The notes beneath the pieces were generated by a model that made no database searches, was not told the origin of the DNA, and worked only from the letters and a program-made list of their open reading frames with translations. Shown here one piece after another: positions 18,338 to 28,524 of a stretch of 33,605 nucleotides of DNA. How positions within the stretch are numbered: position 1 is the stretch's first letter; every line of letters starts with the position of its first letter. A program made the position numbers and the translations under genes. The stretch comes from an uncultured Pseudomonadota bacterium (GTDB lineage Bacteria > Pseudomonadota > Alphaproteobacteria > RF32 > CAG-239). Location of the stretch: positions 1-33,605 of the forward strand of contig CASDRW010000085.1 in NCBI GenBank assembly GCA_949283275.1, written 5' to 3'.

Positions 18338-21300
18338 TTAAGCCACTTTGGCATCATAGCAGATTTTTGCCCCCTCAATATCGCCGTTGGTGCCAGATGA
18401 GCAAGTATTGTTGACTTTAACCGCCAATACTTGCTCGGCAATATAGTCCTTATTTTCGCTCAAGGCTTTGGCCAGCTCTTTATCATCGGTCGAATAGCTA
18501 AGCTCGATCCTGTCGGAGATGTCAAAATCTTTGTCCTTGCGCAGGGTTTGAACCATACGAACAAAATCACGCGCCATACCCTCACGTTTAAGCTCCTCGG
18601 TAACAGATGTGTCCAGCATTACCAAAGCCTTATTATCAGCAAAGGCTTTGGCGGCAACGCCTGACTTCATCTCCAGCCTTACCTCAAACAAATCTGAAGT
18701 TAGCTCATGACCGGAAATCAAGAGTTTGCCACCTTCTTTTAGCTCCCAGTTGCCTTGCTTGTAGGCGGCCATAACAGAGCCCATGTCTTTGCCCAAAGAT
18801 TTGCCCAACAATGGGGTATACAAATAAATCTTTTTGTCGGCATAGCTACTCAAATTGTCGTCAAACTTGACTTCTTTGACATTGAGTTCGTCTTTGATTA
18901 TCTCGCAATAGTCCTTATCAAGCTCTTGACCGACAACAGTTAGCGACCTAAGCGGCAGGCGGTTGCGCAAATTCTTTTCCTCGCGGATAAATTTGGCCGC
19001 CGAACACAAATCTTGCAAGAAATCCATGTCAGATACCAATTTCTCATCAAACTTGATGGCTGCCAAGTTCGGATAATCTACCAAATGCACGGATTCCAAG
19101 CCACTTAGGGTCTTATAGATATACTCGCAGACAAACGGCATTAGAGGTGCGGCAATTTTGCTCAAATTAATCAAAACCGTGTACAAAACATCAAAGGCCA
19201 ACGGCTCGCCCTCCCAAAAACGATCGCGGGTGCGGCGAATATACCAGTTGTTTAGCACTTCAATAAACGAGGAGATGGCATTGCAGGCAATTGCAACATC
19301 ATAGGTTTCAAGCCCTTTTCTTACCACCTCGCTCAAGTTTTTGAGCTTGGAGAGGATATAGTTGTCCATTGCCTCGGTTGAAGAATAGACCTCTTTGGCT
19401 TGATAGCTCTCGGCATTGGCATAAAGAGTGAAGAAATAAAACGCATTCCACAGTGGAATTAGCGCCTCGCGCGAGGCTTTGGCTATCTCTTTGCCCTCTT
19501 TGTCAACCGCCAGGTTGCCGCCTTTTAATACCGGAGATGATACCAAAAACCACCGCAGAGTGTCAGAGCCTATTTTGTCCAAAACCTCGTTCGGGTCAGG
19601 ATAGTTCTTTAGCCTCTTGGAGAGTTTTTGCCCGCCTTCGGCCATCAACAGACCGGTGCAAATACAATTCTTGAACGCCGGCTTGTTGTGCAAAGCAGTT
19701 GACAACACGGTCAAGGTATAAAACCAACCGCGGGTTTGATCCATCGCCTCGACAATGAAATCAGCCGGAAAATGGCTCTCGAACCAAGCCTTGTTTTCAA
19801 ACGGGTAGTGCACCTGCGCATAAGGCATGGACCCACTTTCAAACCAGCAGTCAAACACATCGCCAACTCGGCGCATCATGCTCTTGCCTGTGGGGTCGTC
19901 CGGATTAGGATAGACAACATCATCAATATAGGGTTTATGTAAATCTGAAACCTCAAAACCAGTCTTTTCCTTTATCTCGGCAATGGAGCCAAAAACATCA
20001 ACCCTAGGATACGCCGGATTGTCCGACTTCCAAACCGGAATGGGCGTGCCCCAAAAACGGTTGCGCGAGATTGACCAATCCCTTGCACCCTCAAGCCATT
20101 TGCCAAAACGTCCGTCTTTGATATGCTCAGGAATCCAGTTTATCTCTTGATTGTTTTTGACCATCTCGTCCCTAAAGTCGGTTACTTTGACAAACCACGA
20201 CGACATCGCCTTATAAATCAACGGGGTATCGGTACGCCAACAGAACGGATAAGAGTGGGTATATTGCTCTTTTTTGACCAAAAGGTGATTTTCTTTGAGC
20301 CAAAGCATTATCGGCTCGTTGGTTTCGAAAACTTGTTTGCCCTCGTAATCTGGAACTTCGGCCGTAAACTTGCCGGCCTCGTCCACCGGGCAGACAACCG
20401 GAAAATGCTCGTCATAGGCGCGGCATACATCGAAGTCGTCTTGACCAAAACCCGGGGCAATATGAACCACGCCGGTACCGTCTTCGGTGGAGACAAACTC
20501 GCCTGACAAAACCTTGAAACACCCCTTGTCTTTTAGGTGTTTGAAATAGGGGAACATCGGTTCATAGCTAAGGCCAACCAAATCCTTGCCTTTGAGCGAG
20601 CCAACCTCAACCGCGTGCTCCAATTGTTTTTTATAGCGCGGCAACAAGGCGCGGCCAAGAATATATTTTTGGCCGTCTTCTTCCATGATGACATAGTCAA
20701 TATCCTCGCCAACCGCCAACATCAGGTTTGACGGCAAGGTCCACGGAGTGGTGGTCCAAACCAAAATCTTCATGCCGTTTTCGAGCTTGAACAAAACGGT
20801 GATGGCGTTGTCGGTTTTGTCTTGATAGCCTTGGTTGACCTCAAAGTTGGACAAAGGAGTCTCGGCCGCCCAAGAATAGGGCAAAACACGATAATCCTCA
20901 TAAACCAAACCCTTGTCATAGAGTTGTTTGAAATTGCTGATTACACTTTCCATAAACGGCAAATCCATGGTCTTGTAATCATGGCTGAAATCTACCCAAC
21001 GGCCGATGCGTTTGAACATCTCAACCCAAATGCCGGAGTATTTCAAAACATCGGAGCGGCAGAAATTATTAAACTTTTCGACCCCAAATTGTTCTATCTG
21101 CTTGCGGCCGGATACGCCAAGCTGTTTTTCGGCCGACATTTCGGCAGGCAAACCATGGCAGTCCCAACCCAAGCGGCGCTCAACCTTTTTGCCCATCATA
21201 GTTTGAAAACGGGCAACCACGTCTTTGACATAGGACACCATGATATGCCCATAATGCGGGGTGCCGTTGGCAAACGGAGGACCGTCATAGAACACAAACT

Positions 21301-21424
21301 CGGCGGCACCATCGCGGTTTTTAACCGATTTTTCAAAAGTTTTATCCTCGTCCCAAAATTTGAGGACTTCTTTTTCCAATTCGACAAAGTCAGGCTTTGC
21401 CTTTACATCTGCATAATGTTTCAT
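18338..21424 (-). CDS. ileS: Isoleucine-tRNA ligase, type 2 (eukaryote/archaea-like)
   Basis: FYDGPPFANGTPHYGH, GWDCHGLP, WTTTPWTLPSN, DWSISRNRFWGTPIP, DQTRGWFY, KLSKR. Long C-terminal domain (EGMARDFVRMVQTLRK) and no C-terminal Zn finger. Confidence 0.97.
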   Translation of the reverse strand: MKHYADVKAKPDFVELEKEVLKFWDEDKTFEKSVKNRDGAAEFVFYDGPPFANGTPHYGHIMVSYVKDVVARFQTMMGKKVERRLGWDCHGLPAEMSAEKQLGVSGRKQIEQFGVEKFNNFCRSDVLKYSGIWVEMFKRIGRWVDFSHDYKTMDLPFMESVISNFKQLYDKGLVYEDYRVLPYSWAAETPLSNFEVNQGYQDKTDNAITVLFKLENGMKILVWTTTPWTLPSNLMLAVGEDIDYVIMEEDGQKYILGRALLPRYKKQLEHAVEVGSLKGKDLVGLSYEPMFPYFKHLKDKGCFKVLSGEFVSTEDGTGVVHIAPGFGQDDFDVCRAYDEHFPVVCPVDEAGKFTAEVPDYEGKQVFETNEPIMLWLKENHLLVKKEQYTHSYPFCWRTDTPLIYKAMSSWFVKVTDFRDEMVKNNQEINWIPEHIKDGRFGKWLEGARDWSISRNRFWGTPIPVWKSDNPAYPRVDVFGSIAEIKEKTGFEVSDLHKPYIDDVVYPNPDDPTGKSMMRRVGDVFDCWFESGSMPYAQVHYPFENKAWFESHFPADFIVEAMDQTRGWFYTLTVLSTALHNKPAFKNCICTGLLMAEGGQKLSKRLKNYPDPNEVLDKIGSDTLRWFLVSSPVLKGGNLAVDKEGKEIAKASREALIPLWNAFYFFTLYANAESYQAKEVYSSTEAMDNYILSKLKNLSEVVRKGLETYDVAIACNAISSFIEVLNNWYIRRTRDRFWEGEPLAFDVLYTVLINLSKIAAPLMPFVCEYIYKTLSGLESVHLVDYPNLAAIKFDEKLVSDMDFLQDLCSAAKFIREEKNLRNRLPLRSLTVVGQELDKDYCEIIKDELNVKEVKFDDNLSSYADKKIYLYTPLLGKSLGKDMGSVMAAYKQGNWELKEGGKLLISGHELTSDLFEVRLEMKSGVAAKAFADNKALVMLDTSVTEELKREGMARDFVRMVQTLRKDKDFDISDRIELSYSTDDKELAKALSENKDYIAEQVLAVKVNNTCSSGTNGDIEGAKICYDAKVA

Positions 21425-21493
21425 CTTCTTAAAACACCTTAAATTTTAATTTAAATGATTTGTATTTGAAAAATTTTTGATTGTGATATGTGC

Positions 21494-21526
21494 AAAAAAA
21501 AATAACTAACCCCCTTAGGGGATAAT
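21494..21526 (-). terminator. Putative attenuator terminator in the ileS leader
   Basis: RNA AUUAUCCCC-UAA-GGGGG(U)UAGU followed by UA and U9. The loop is the leader stop codon. Confidence 0.55.
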
Positions 21527-21562
21527 ACGCGAAATAATGGATATGATAAACTGAGCGCACAT
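21515..21562 (-). CDS. Ile-rich leader peptide of ileS (MCAQFIISIISRIIP)
   Basis: ATG TGC GCT CAG TTT ATC ATA TCC ATT ATT TCG CGT ATT ATC CCC TAA: 6 Ile in 15 codons, ending 90 nt upstream of ileS. AAAGG upstream. Confidence 0.8.
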   Translation of the reverse strand: MCAQFIISIISRIIP

Positions 21563-21601
21563 ATTAAACTAAAACCTTTTTGATAACTAACTTAATTATG
21601 G

Positions 21602-21630
21602 AATTTAATACATTAAATATAAGGAGTCAA
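21602..21630 (-). promoter_or_regulatory. Putative sigma70 promoter for leader-ileS
   Basis: TTGACT-17 nt-TAAATT on the minus strand. Confidence 0.55.
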
Positions 21631-21887
21631 TTACATTTTGCAGTAAAAAAAACGTGGTTAAAAAAATAACTTTACAAAATTTTCGCATATTTTGTCATTT
21701 TTTTGTTGAAGTTTATAAAAAATTGTTATATAGCAATAAACAATCAATTAAATATTTTTGTGTCTTATTATGTTGGCAGGCTGTCTATTTTCTTGAAATT
21801 TAAGGAAACGACTAACTCAATATGATAGGGCCTTTTTTTTAACACAAGGGAAAGGGTGCCTGGTCTTTTCCTAAAAACAGAAAAATT

Positions 21888-22256
21888 ATGCCTATATTTG
21901 TAATTTTGGCAGCCTTGTCCGGAATTTGGCTGCTGCTTTTGGCGCTGATGATGCTGACAAAAGTGCATCAGTTGTCAAAAGAAAAAAATTTGCTTAAGGT
22001 TCCCAGAAAGGACCTTGTAGCGTTAGTAAAAAAGCACCGCTTTGGTGCCGTGCCCAATACAATATCCGTCATATTGGCGGTGGTAGCTGTCGCTTTGGCA
22101 GGGTTGCTCATTAACGAACAACTGTTATGGCTGGCTATTTTGCTGCCTTTCATTTGCCTGTTTGTTCGCTGGGTGGTTAAATTATTATTCTTGCTGGTAA
22201 TTGCACTGGTAAGGATGGTAGCCAAAATCTATAAAAAAATGGATGGCTACTGGTAG
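21888..22256 (+). CDS. Hypothetical small membrane protein
   Basis: 122 aa with three or more hydrophobic segments, followed by a terminator. Confidence 0.7.
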   Translation: MPIFVILAALSGIWLLLLALMMLTKVHQLSKEKNLLKVPRKDLVALVKKHRFGAVPNTISVILAVVAVALAGLLINEQLLWLAILLPFICLFVRWVVKLLFLLVIALVRMVAKIYKKMDGYW

Positions 22257-22278
22257 TAGTTTCACTAAAAACAAATTT

Positions 22279-22315
22279 ACATCCGCAGTCCTTGATTGGC
22301 TGCGGATGTTTTTTT
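22279..22315 (+). terminator. Intrinsic terminator
   Basis: ACATCCGCAGTC-7 nt-GGCTGCGGATGT followed by a T-run. Confidence 0.85.
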
Positions 22316-22320
22316 AAATT

Positions 22321-22545
22321 TTATTTTATATCTTCCAAGCTAAATTTGAGCTTTTTGCCATAGAACTTCAAAAGGCGCAGGTAGTGGTGAAAGCTCAAGT
22401 TTCCACCTTGCTCCATCAAGGTTATCATGTTCATGGTCAACGGCGTTTGCAAAGCGACATCTTGGAGGCTTAAGCCTTTTTCCTTTCTCAGGGCTATTAG
22501 TTGCGGCGCAAGCTTTTGTCGCATCAGATATTTAAAATTTTGCAT
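22321..22545 (-). CDS. Small XRE/Cro-family helix-turn-helix protein (74 aa)
   Basis: LIALRKEKGLSLQDVA...ITLMEQG HTH_3 pattern. AAGGAG RBS before ATG 22545. Confidence 0.8.
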   Translation of the reverse strand: MQNFKYLMRQKLAPQLIALRKEKGLSLQDVALQTPLTMNMITLMEQGGNLSFHHYLRLLKFYGKKLKFSLEDIK

Positions 22546-22571
22546 TTTTCTTAACTCCTTAATTGTTTGAT

Positions 22572-22737
22572 AAAACAAAACCGCCTTATAAAAACAAGGC
22601 GGGGAGCTGAAAAACTGCTCTAATACAGTCAGGTTTATTCGTCACGCAAAGCATGCTTATTTCACCCACTCCCCATTCAGGAGTTTGTTATTAGAGAGAT
22701 GTTTTTCAGACACCACCAAGGCAACTCGCCTCGGTAA
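22572..22737 (-). ncRNA. Candidate structured leader/antisense RNA (c4-like architecture) ending in a terminator
   Basis: Complementary pairs 22715-22722/22728-22735, 22701-22709/22607-22615, 22689-22696/22618-22625 and 22669-22674/22601-22606. Terminator 22581-22602 followed by UUUUGUUUU. Confidence 0.55.
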
Positions 22738-22742
22738 GGTTG

Positions 22743-22771
22743 AAATTAGAGCAAATTTGCTAATTTGGCAA
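22743..22771 (-). promoter_or_regulatory. Putative sigma70 promoter of the RNA/HTH unit
   Basis: TTGCCA-17 nt-TAATTT, immediately downstream of the eno terminator. Confidence 0.55.
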
Positions 22772-22788
22772 GGGTTTTATTTTTAACA

Positions 22789-22824
22789 ACAAAAGCTCCT
22801 TGAGATAACCTAAGGAGCTTTTGT
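22789..22824 (-). terminator. Intrinsic terminator downstream of eno
   Basis: ACAAAAGCTCCTT-10 nt-AAGGAGCTTTTGT. Confidence 0.85.
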
Positions 22825-22842
22825 TTATTTTAAGACTAAATC

Positions 22843-24132
<1,290 letters not shown>

Positions 24133-24212
24133 CTATTAAATTATAAAAAAGTGTTGCCTCTAAAATCTTTCATTTTTATAATAATGTCAATCATATTTTA
24201 GGAGGTTAGCAC

Positions 24213-24665
24213 ATGTTTTCGGATAAATGGCACAAACGTTTCATGGAAATGGCTCAGCTGATTAAGACTTGGTCCAAAGATCCTTCAACCAAGGTCGGCG
24301 CCGTGGTGGTGGGACCTAATCGGGAAATTCGCTCCACCGGATATAACGGTATTGTCAGAGGGGTTAACGACGATTTGCCTGAACGCTTGGAGCGGCCAAC
24401 CAAATACGACTTTTTTGAACACGCCGAGCGCAACGCCGTGTATAATGCCTGTCTTATCGGCGCATCGCTAAAGGGGTGTGTTATCTATGTTACCTCTATG
24501 CCCTGCCCCGATTGTGCCAGAGCTATAATTCAATCGGGGATTAAGATGGTGGTTACTTACAAGTTTGAACCCCAAGAAGGACAACCTGCCGGTACTTGGC
24601 GCGATAAGGTGGCTTTTTCCGAGCAAATGCTTAAAGAGGCCGGAGTGGAGTGTCTATATTTGTAG
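24213..24665 (+). CDS. dCMP deaminase/ComEB-family zinc deaminase
   Basis: SKDPSTKVGAV, TGYNG, HAERNA, PCPDC. GGAGG RBS. Confidence 0.92.
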   Translation: MFSDKWHKRFMEMAQLIKTWSKDPSTKVGAVVVGPNREIRSTGYNGIVRGVNDDLPERLERPTKYDFFEHAERNAVYNACLIGASLKGCVIYVTSMPCPDCARAIIQSGIKMVVTYKFEPQEGQPAGTWRDKVAFSEQMLKEAGVECLYL

Positions 24666-24768
24666 GCCAAAAATTGTTTCTTGAGTGTCTTTAAATATTT
24701 CTTTTTAGTAATATATGATTGGCAATCGGTTGATTCTTTTTTGAATCACACGCTTTTAGGAGACGGTG

Positions 24769-25386
24769 ATGAAAATTTTGATTGCGGACGATCATGCTCT
24801 ATATCGCGACGGTTTGAGACTTAATTTGAACAACTTGCTGCCTGAAGCTCAAATATTGGACGCGGCTTCTTTTGGTCAGGCAATTGATGTTTTGAAAAAT
24901 AATAAAGATATTGAGCTAATTTTGCTTGATTTGGATATGCCGGAAATGAGTTGGGAAGATGGTATCAAAAATATCAAAGAATTAATGCCGGATTTGCGAA
25001 TTGGCGTAATATCGGCCTTAGAAGATGCCCATATCATAAAAAAAGCCCTCAATCTTGGTGTTTGTTGCTATTTGCCCAAAAATATTAATACCAAAGTGCT
25101 AAACTCTGCTCTTTGCCTGGTCTTAAACGGTGGAACATACTACCCTCCGGCGCTGATCAACCAAGCAGCTGATAATATGAACTTGGCAAACGGCAAAAAA
25201 CTGACCGCGCGACAATTTGAGGTTTTGCGCTATTTGGCTCAGGGTTTGTCCAACAAACAAATCGCCTACCAAATGAGCGTATCCGAGGCAACGGTTAAAC
25301 TGCATATTAATGCTCTGTTGCGCGCAATGGGAGCAACCAACCGTACTCAGGCGGTGATAAAAGCGCAAAAAATGGGGGTTATTTAA
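24769..25386 (+). CDS. NarL/LuxR-family response regulator
   Basis: ILIADDH, LLDLDMP receiver domain, LTARQFEVL..GLSNKQIA..SEATVKLH HTH. Confidence 0.93.
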   Translation: MKILIADDHALYRDGLRLNLNNLLPEAQILDAASFGQAIDVLKNNKDIELILLDLDMPEMSWEDGIKNIKELMPDLRIGVISALEDAHIIKKALNLGVCCYLPKNINTKVLNSALCLVLNGGTYYPPALINQAADNMNLANGKKLTARQFEVLRYLAQGLSNKQIAYQMSVSEATVKLHINALLRAMGATNRTQAVIKAQKMGVI

Positions 25387-25991
25387 AATTCTATCAACGG
25401 ATATTTATCGCTGTTGCCTTCGGGTAGATTGTAGTGCCACCATTCGTGGTTGATGCTTGATAAGCCAATACTTTCCATCAGCCGTTTTAGCTCTTGGCGG
25501 TTTTTTATCGCCGGAGTTTCGGCATCAGCATAGTCATGGTGCGCTTTGGGCAAATATTTCAAAAATCCTTCCGTTTGGCCTGACTGAACCTCTTTGGCAT
25601 AATTGGCGTCAAATGCGTCCATCTTGGTCGGATACTCAAGCTCAACACCTTGTTCATCACACAAACAAACATCTACCGCCGTGCCACGGCAATGTTGTGA
25701 ACGCTCTGGCGATGCGGCAAAAAATCCCGGCTGCGGAATGATCTCTTTGAGCCTTTTGTGCGCCAGCGGCGGACGATAGGCATCGCCAATCTTGAGTTTG
25801 AGTTTGTGTCCTTTCAAATAGGGAATAACTTGTTGCAACCTCTCCCACAAATCACGATGTACAAAAGCACGGTTGCCTAAGCCTATCTCCTGATATACGG
25901 CAACACCGGTCATATTGTTTTTTAATGAAGCATACATCATATCAACAATAAAATAATCGTCGGATTTAATCTCGACCAAGTTCTTATCCAT
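25383..25991 (-). CDS. ddpX: D-alanyl-D-alanine dipeptidase (VanX/DdpX, peptidase M15D)
   Basis: DAYRP, SQHCRGTAVD (SxHxxGxAxD), EWWHY. Confidence 0.9.
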   Translation of the reverse strand: MDKNLVEIKSDDYFIVDMMYASLKNNMTGVAVYQEIGLGNRAFVHRDLWERLQQVIPYLKGHKLKLKIGDAYRPPLAHKRLKEIIPQPGFFAASPERSQHCRGTAVDVCLCDEQGVELEYPTKMDAFDANYAKEVQSGQTEGFLKYLPKAHHDYADAETPAIKNRQELKRLMESIGLSSINHEWWHYNLPEGNSDKYPLIEF

Positions 25992-26835
25992 GTTGACACT
26001 CTTTGATAAATGATTGAAATATGTTTACCGCCGGAGCATAGCCTTGTTTTACAAAATATTCCGGATGCGATTGGATGCCCAAAACAAATTTATGCCATGG
26101 ATTGCAAGGCTCAACCGCCTCAACAACCCCGTCAGGAGAAAAATGTGCAACATTGTTGCCGATGATGTTTTCGCTAACTGCCCAAGTGTGCCAAGAGTTA
26201 ACTTCCATCTCGGATAGCCCTGTGATTTTTTGCAGCAGGCTGTCTTCTTTAATTGCTATTTTGTGGGCAAAGGTTTTGATGGCAACCTCACGATGAGCTT
26301 TAATCCGCTTAATTTTGGCGCCAAAATAGCAAGCCAAAACCTGCATGCCGCCGCAAATGCCAAGCAACGGTAGTTTGTTTTTCTTGGCGTATTCTATCAT
26401 CTCTACATAAACATTACACCTTTTTAGGTCCACCGGATGTTCAGGCTCGCCCTCTTCCCAAGAAAGCGGTACATCAAACGCGCCTCCGGGAAGATAAATC
26501 CCGTCGGGCTTTATTTTTTCTAATTGCTCTGTGGCTTTTTCATAAGAGATAAAGCATGGCCTTCCCCCTGACAAACAAATGCTCTCGACTGTTGCAAGCG
26601 GCATGGAATAGTCCGCCTTATCACGGTCGGGATGTTTGTCTCGAGTAAACATCACCGCAATTTTTGGAGCAGAGGACGCAAAATCTACCCCAGGCAAATC
26701 AAACTCCGGCAAAAGACCGGAGGCCAAAATATTATCAACCTCGGCTTGGGCAACAAAATAGGTCTTTTTGTCATCACCGGGATAGATGGTTTCTTGTAAA
26801 AACAGTTTATTTGTAGAGTTTGGGTAGTGGTTCAT
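25984..26835 (-). CDS. Peptidase C26 / gamma-glutamyl-GABA hydrolase-like class I glutamine amidotransferase
   Basis: DGIYLPGG, LGICGGMQ nucleophile Cys, VNSWH, QSHPE. Start uncertain (ATG 26835 overlaps the batD end). Confidence 0.88.
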   Translation of the reverse strand: MNHYPNSTNKLFLQETIYPGDDKKTYFVAQAEVDNILASGLLPEFDLPGVDFASSAPKIAVMFTRDKHPDRDKADYSMPLATVESICLSGGRPCFISYEKATEQLEKIKPDGIYLPGGAFDVPLSWEEGEPEHPVDLKRCNVYVEMIEYAKKNKLPLLGICGGMQVLACYFGAKIKRIKAHREVAIKTFAHKIAIKEDSLLQKITGLSEMEVNSWHTWAVSENIIGNNVAHFSPDGVVEAVEPCNPWHKFVLGIQSHPEYFVKQGYAPAVNIFQSFIKECQHG

Positions 26836-28516
26836 TTTTGGTTCTCTTATGTTTTTTAATATGTTTGGAAATTTGTTCAAAAATTTTTAAAAACTCTTTA
26901 CTATCCCAATCTTTGGTGTCATCAGAATACAAAGTTTCGCGCAGTTTGTCCAGCTCTTTGTTAAAATTTATATTATCAAAAATATCTGCTACATCCTGCA
27001 AATTGGTAATTTTGTGGCGCGGAAACTCCGATGTTGCCCAAAGCAAAAGTTCATCTCTTAACGTGTGTAAATCCTTGGCTTTGGCCGCAGCAATAACCGC
27101 CTTTTTGTGATTGGAGGACGGATGAGCTACTTTGGCAAATATTTTGCCGAGCACCAATGTCAGAATTATGCCGCAGACAAACGCTATTACCAAATACCAG
27201 ATGACCATTTGATTATTGACTTGCTCGACGGCTTGAACAGGCTGAGCGGCAACGTTTGATGCGGAAGTATCGGCGGTAATGTCTTTTTGGGAAACCGTTG
27301 AAGACGGAGCAACATTAACCGTAACTGCCGGCAAAATAGCTGTTTCAGATGTGTTGGTCTGGGTGTTAAACCACTTGAGCTTTATCTCGGGCAAGGTTAT
27401 TTGCCCTGAGGTCTCAGGAATATAAACATTGCTTATGCGGGCATAAGAGACAACATCATCTCCTTCCAATGCCATATCGGTTACCGGCTTTTCGGGATAT
27501 TGCTTCAAACCTTTGACAGCGGGAAATGAAATTTCCGGCAATTGGCTGTCTAATACTCCCACCGCCTTTAAATATATGGTGCGGGATACCGCCTCGCCAA
27601 CCTTAAACGCCGGTTTGCCTTTTTCAAACTCGGCTGAGAGTTTTACCTCTTTGGCGGGCAGCCACCAACCTTGCGCCCCATCTGCTTGCGGTTTAACATT
27701 TAGTTTGAGGGGCTTGGTATTTAATACCACCGGTGTGCGCGAGGCTAAGACATCATTTAAGCCAAAGCCTGCAAAAAACTGCTCGTCGTCAAAAAACCTG
27801 GCAAAAGGATCGGTTCGGGCGGTTTTGGTTAGATAATAGCCGTTAAACCTCATGGGAGGAATGGTCAACTCGCCGCTTTTTTGTGCAAAAAGAGCATAGT
27901 TAAAGGTTATCTCGCGCAAGGTTTGGCCGTTGACAATTTTGGTCTCAATTTTAGGTTCGCCCAAATTTTTGATGACAAAATCATCCGATGATGACACAAA
28001 CGAAGGAGCATCGCCTTGCAGCCCTCCGGCATCATAAAGCTTGAGCTGATAGTTTATTTGCTCTCCTACGTAAGGCGTGGTATTGTCAACATTGCCCGTC
28101 ATCTTAAATTTGGGGCTGTTGTCGGCTTGGGAGCTAACCAATTGGTCTTCTGATCCCGCCGGAACAACGTTTAAAGTTATGGGCTGGGTCTTATAGCCTG
28201 CAACCTCAAGCGAGGGAATGGTAAGCGAACCGGTTTGGTTGGGCATCAAAACCAAATTCCACTGCCGCGACTTACTTACATTACCATTGATAATATTGGT
28301 GCGATAGCCATTAGAGACGGAAAACGTGGTAAAATCCTTAGATAATCCACTCAAATCGGGCGAGGCATTAGAGTCAATATCTTTTAAATCAAGAGTCAAA
28401 ACAAAAGTTTCGCCCTCGGGAACGGTGGTGCGGTTGACTGTGGCCTCAAAACTTTGAGCCCAAGACTTAATGCTTAAAAAACAACAAATTAATGCAATTA
28501 AAAATATTTTTCTCAT
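26807..28516 (-). CDS. batD: BatD-family protein
   Basis: Signal peptide, ATVNRTTVPEGETFVLTL, TPYVGEQ, WWLPAKEVKL, KQYPEKP and a C-terminal TM. Last gene of the VWA cluster. Confidence 0.88.
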   Translation of the reverse strand: MRKIFLIALICCFLSIKSWAQSFEATVNRTTVPEGETFVLTLDLKDIDSNASPDLSGLSKDFTTFSVSNGYRTNIINGNVSKSRQWNLVLMPNQTGSLTIPSLEVAGYKTQPITLNVVPAGSEDQLVSSQADNSPKFKMTGNVDNTTPYVGEQINYQLKLYDAGGLQGDAPSFVSSSDDFVIKNLGEPKIETKIVNGQTLREITFNYALFAQKSGELTIPPMRFNGYYLTKTARTDPFARFFDDEQFFAGFGLNDVLASRTPVVLNTKPLKLNVKPQADGAQGWWLPAKEVKLSAEFEKGKPAFKVGEAVSRTIYLKAVGVLDSQLPEISFPAVKGLKQYPEKPVTDMALEGDDVVSYARISNVYIPETSGQITLPEIKLKWFNTQTNTSETAILPAVTVNVAPSSTVSQKDITADTSASNVAAQPVQAVEQVNNQMVIWYLVIAFVCGIILTLVLGKIFAKVAHPSSNHKKAVIAAAKAKDLHTLRDELLLWATSEFPRHKITNLQDVADIFDNINFNKELDKLRETLYSDDTKDWDSKEFLKIFEQISKHIKKHKRTKNEPLPKLYK

Positions 28517-28524
28517 CTTTTCAC

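Noticed and set aside
21425-21630. T-box riboswitch upstream of ileS
   Set aside because: No UGGNACC T-box bulge or stem I. The leader peptide explains the region better.
24213-24665. Anti-phage dCTP deaminase
   Set aside because: Short single-domain enzyme without the kinase/P-loop domain of the defence systems, in a housekeeping context.
25383-25991. Vancomycin-resistance cluster
   Set aside because: A lone VanX/DdpX homologue with no vanH/vanA ligase or vanRS. More likely dipeptide recycling.
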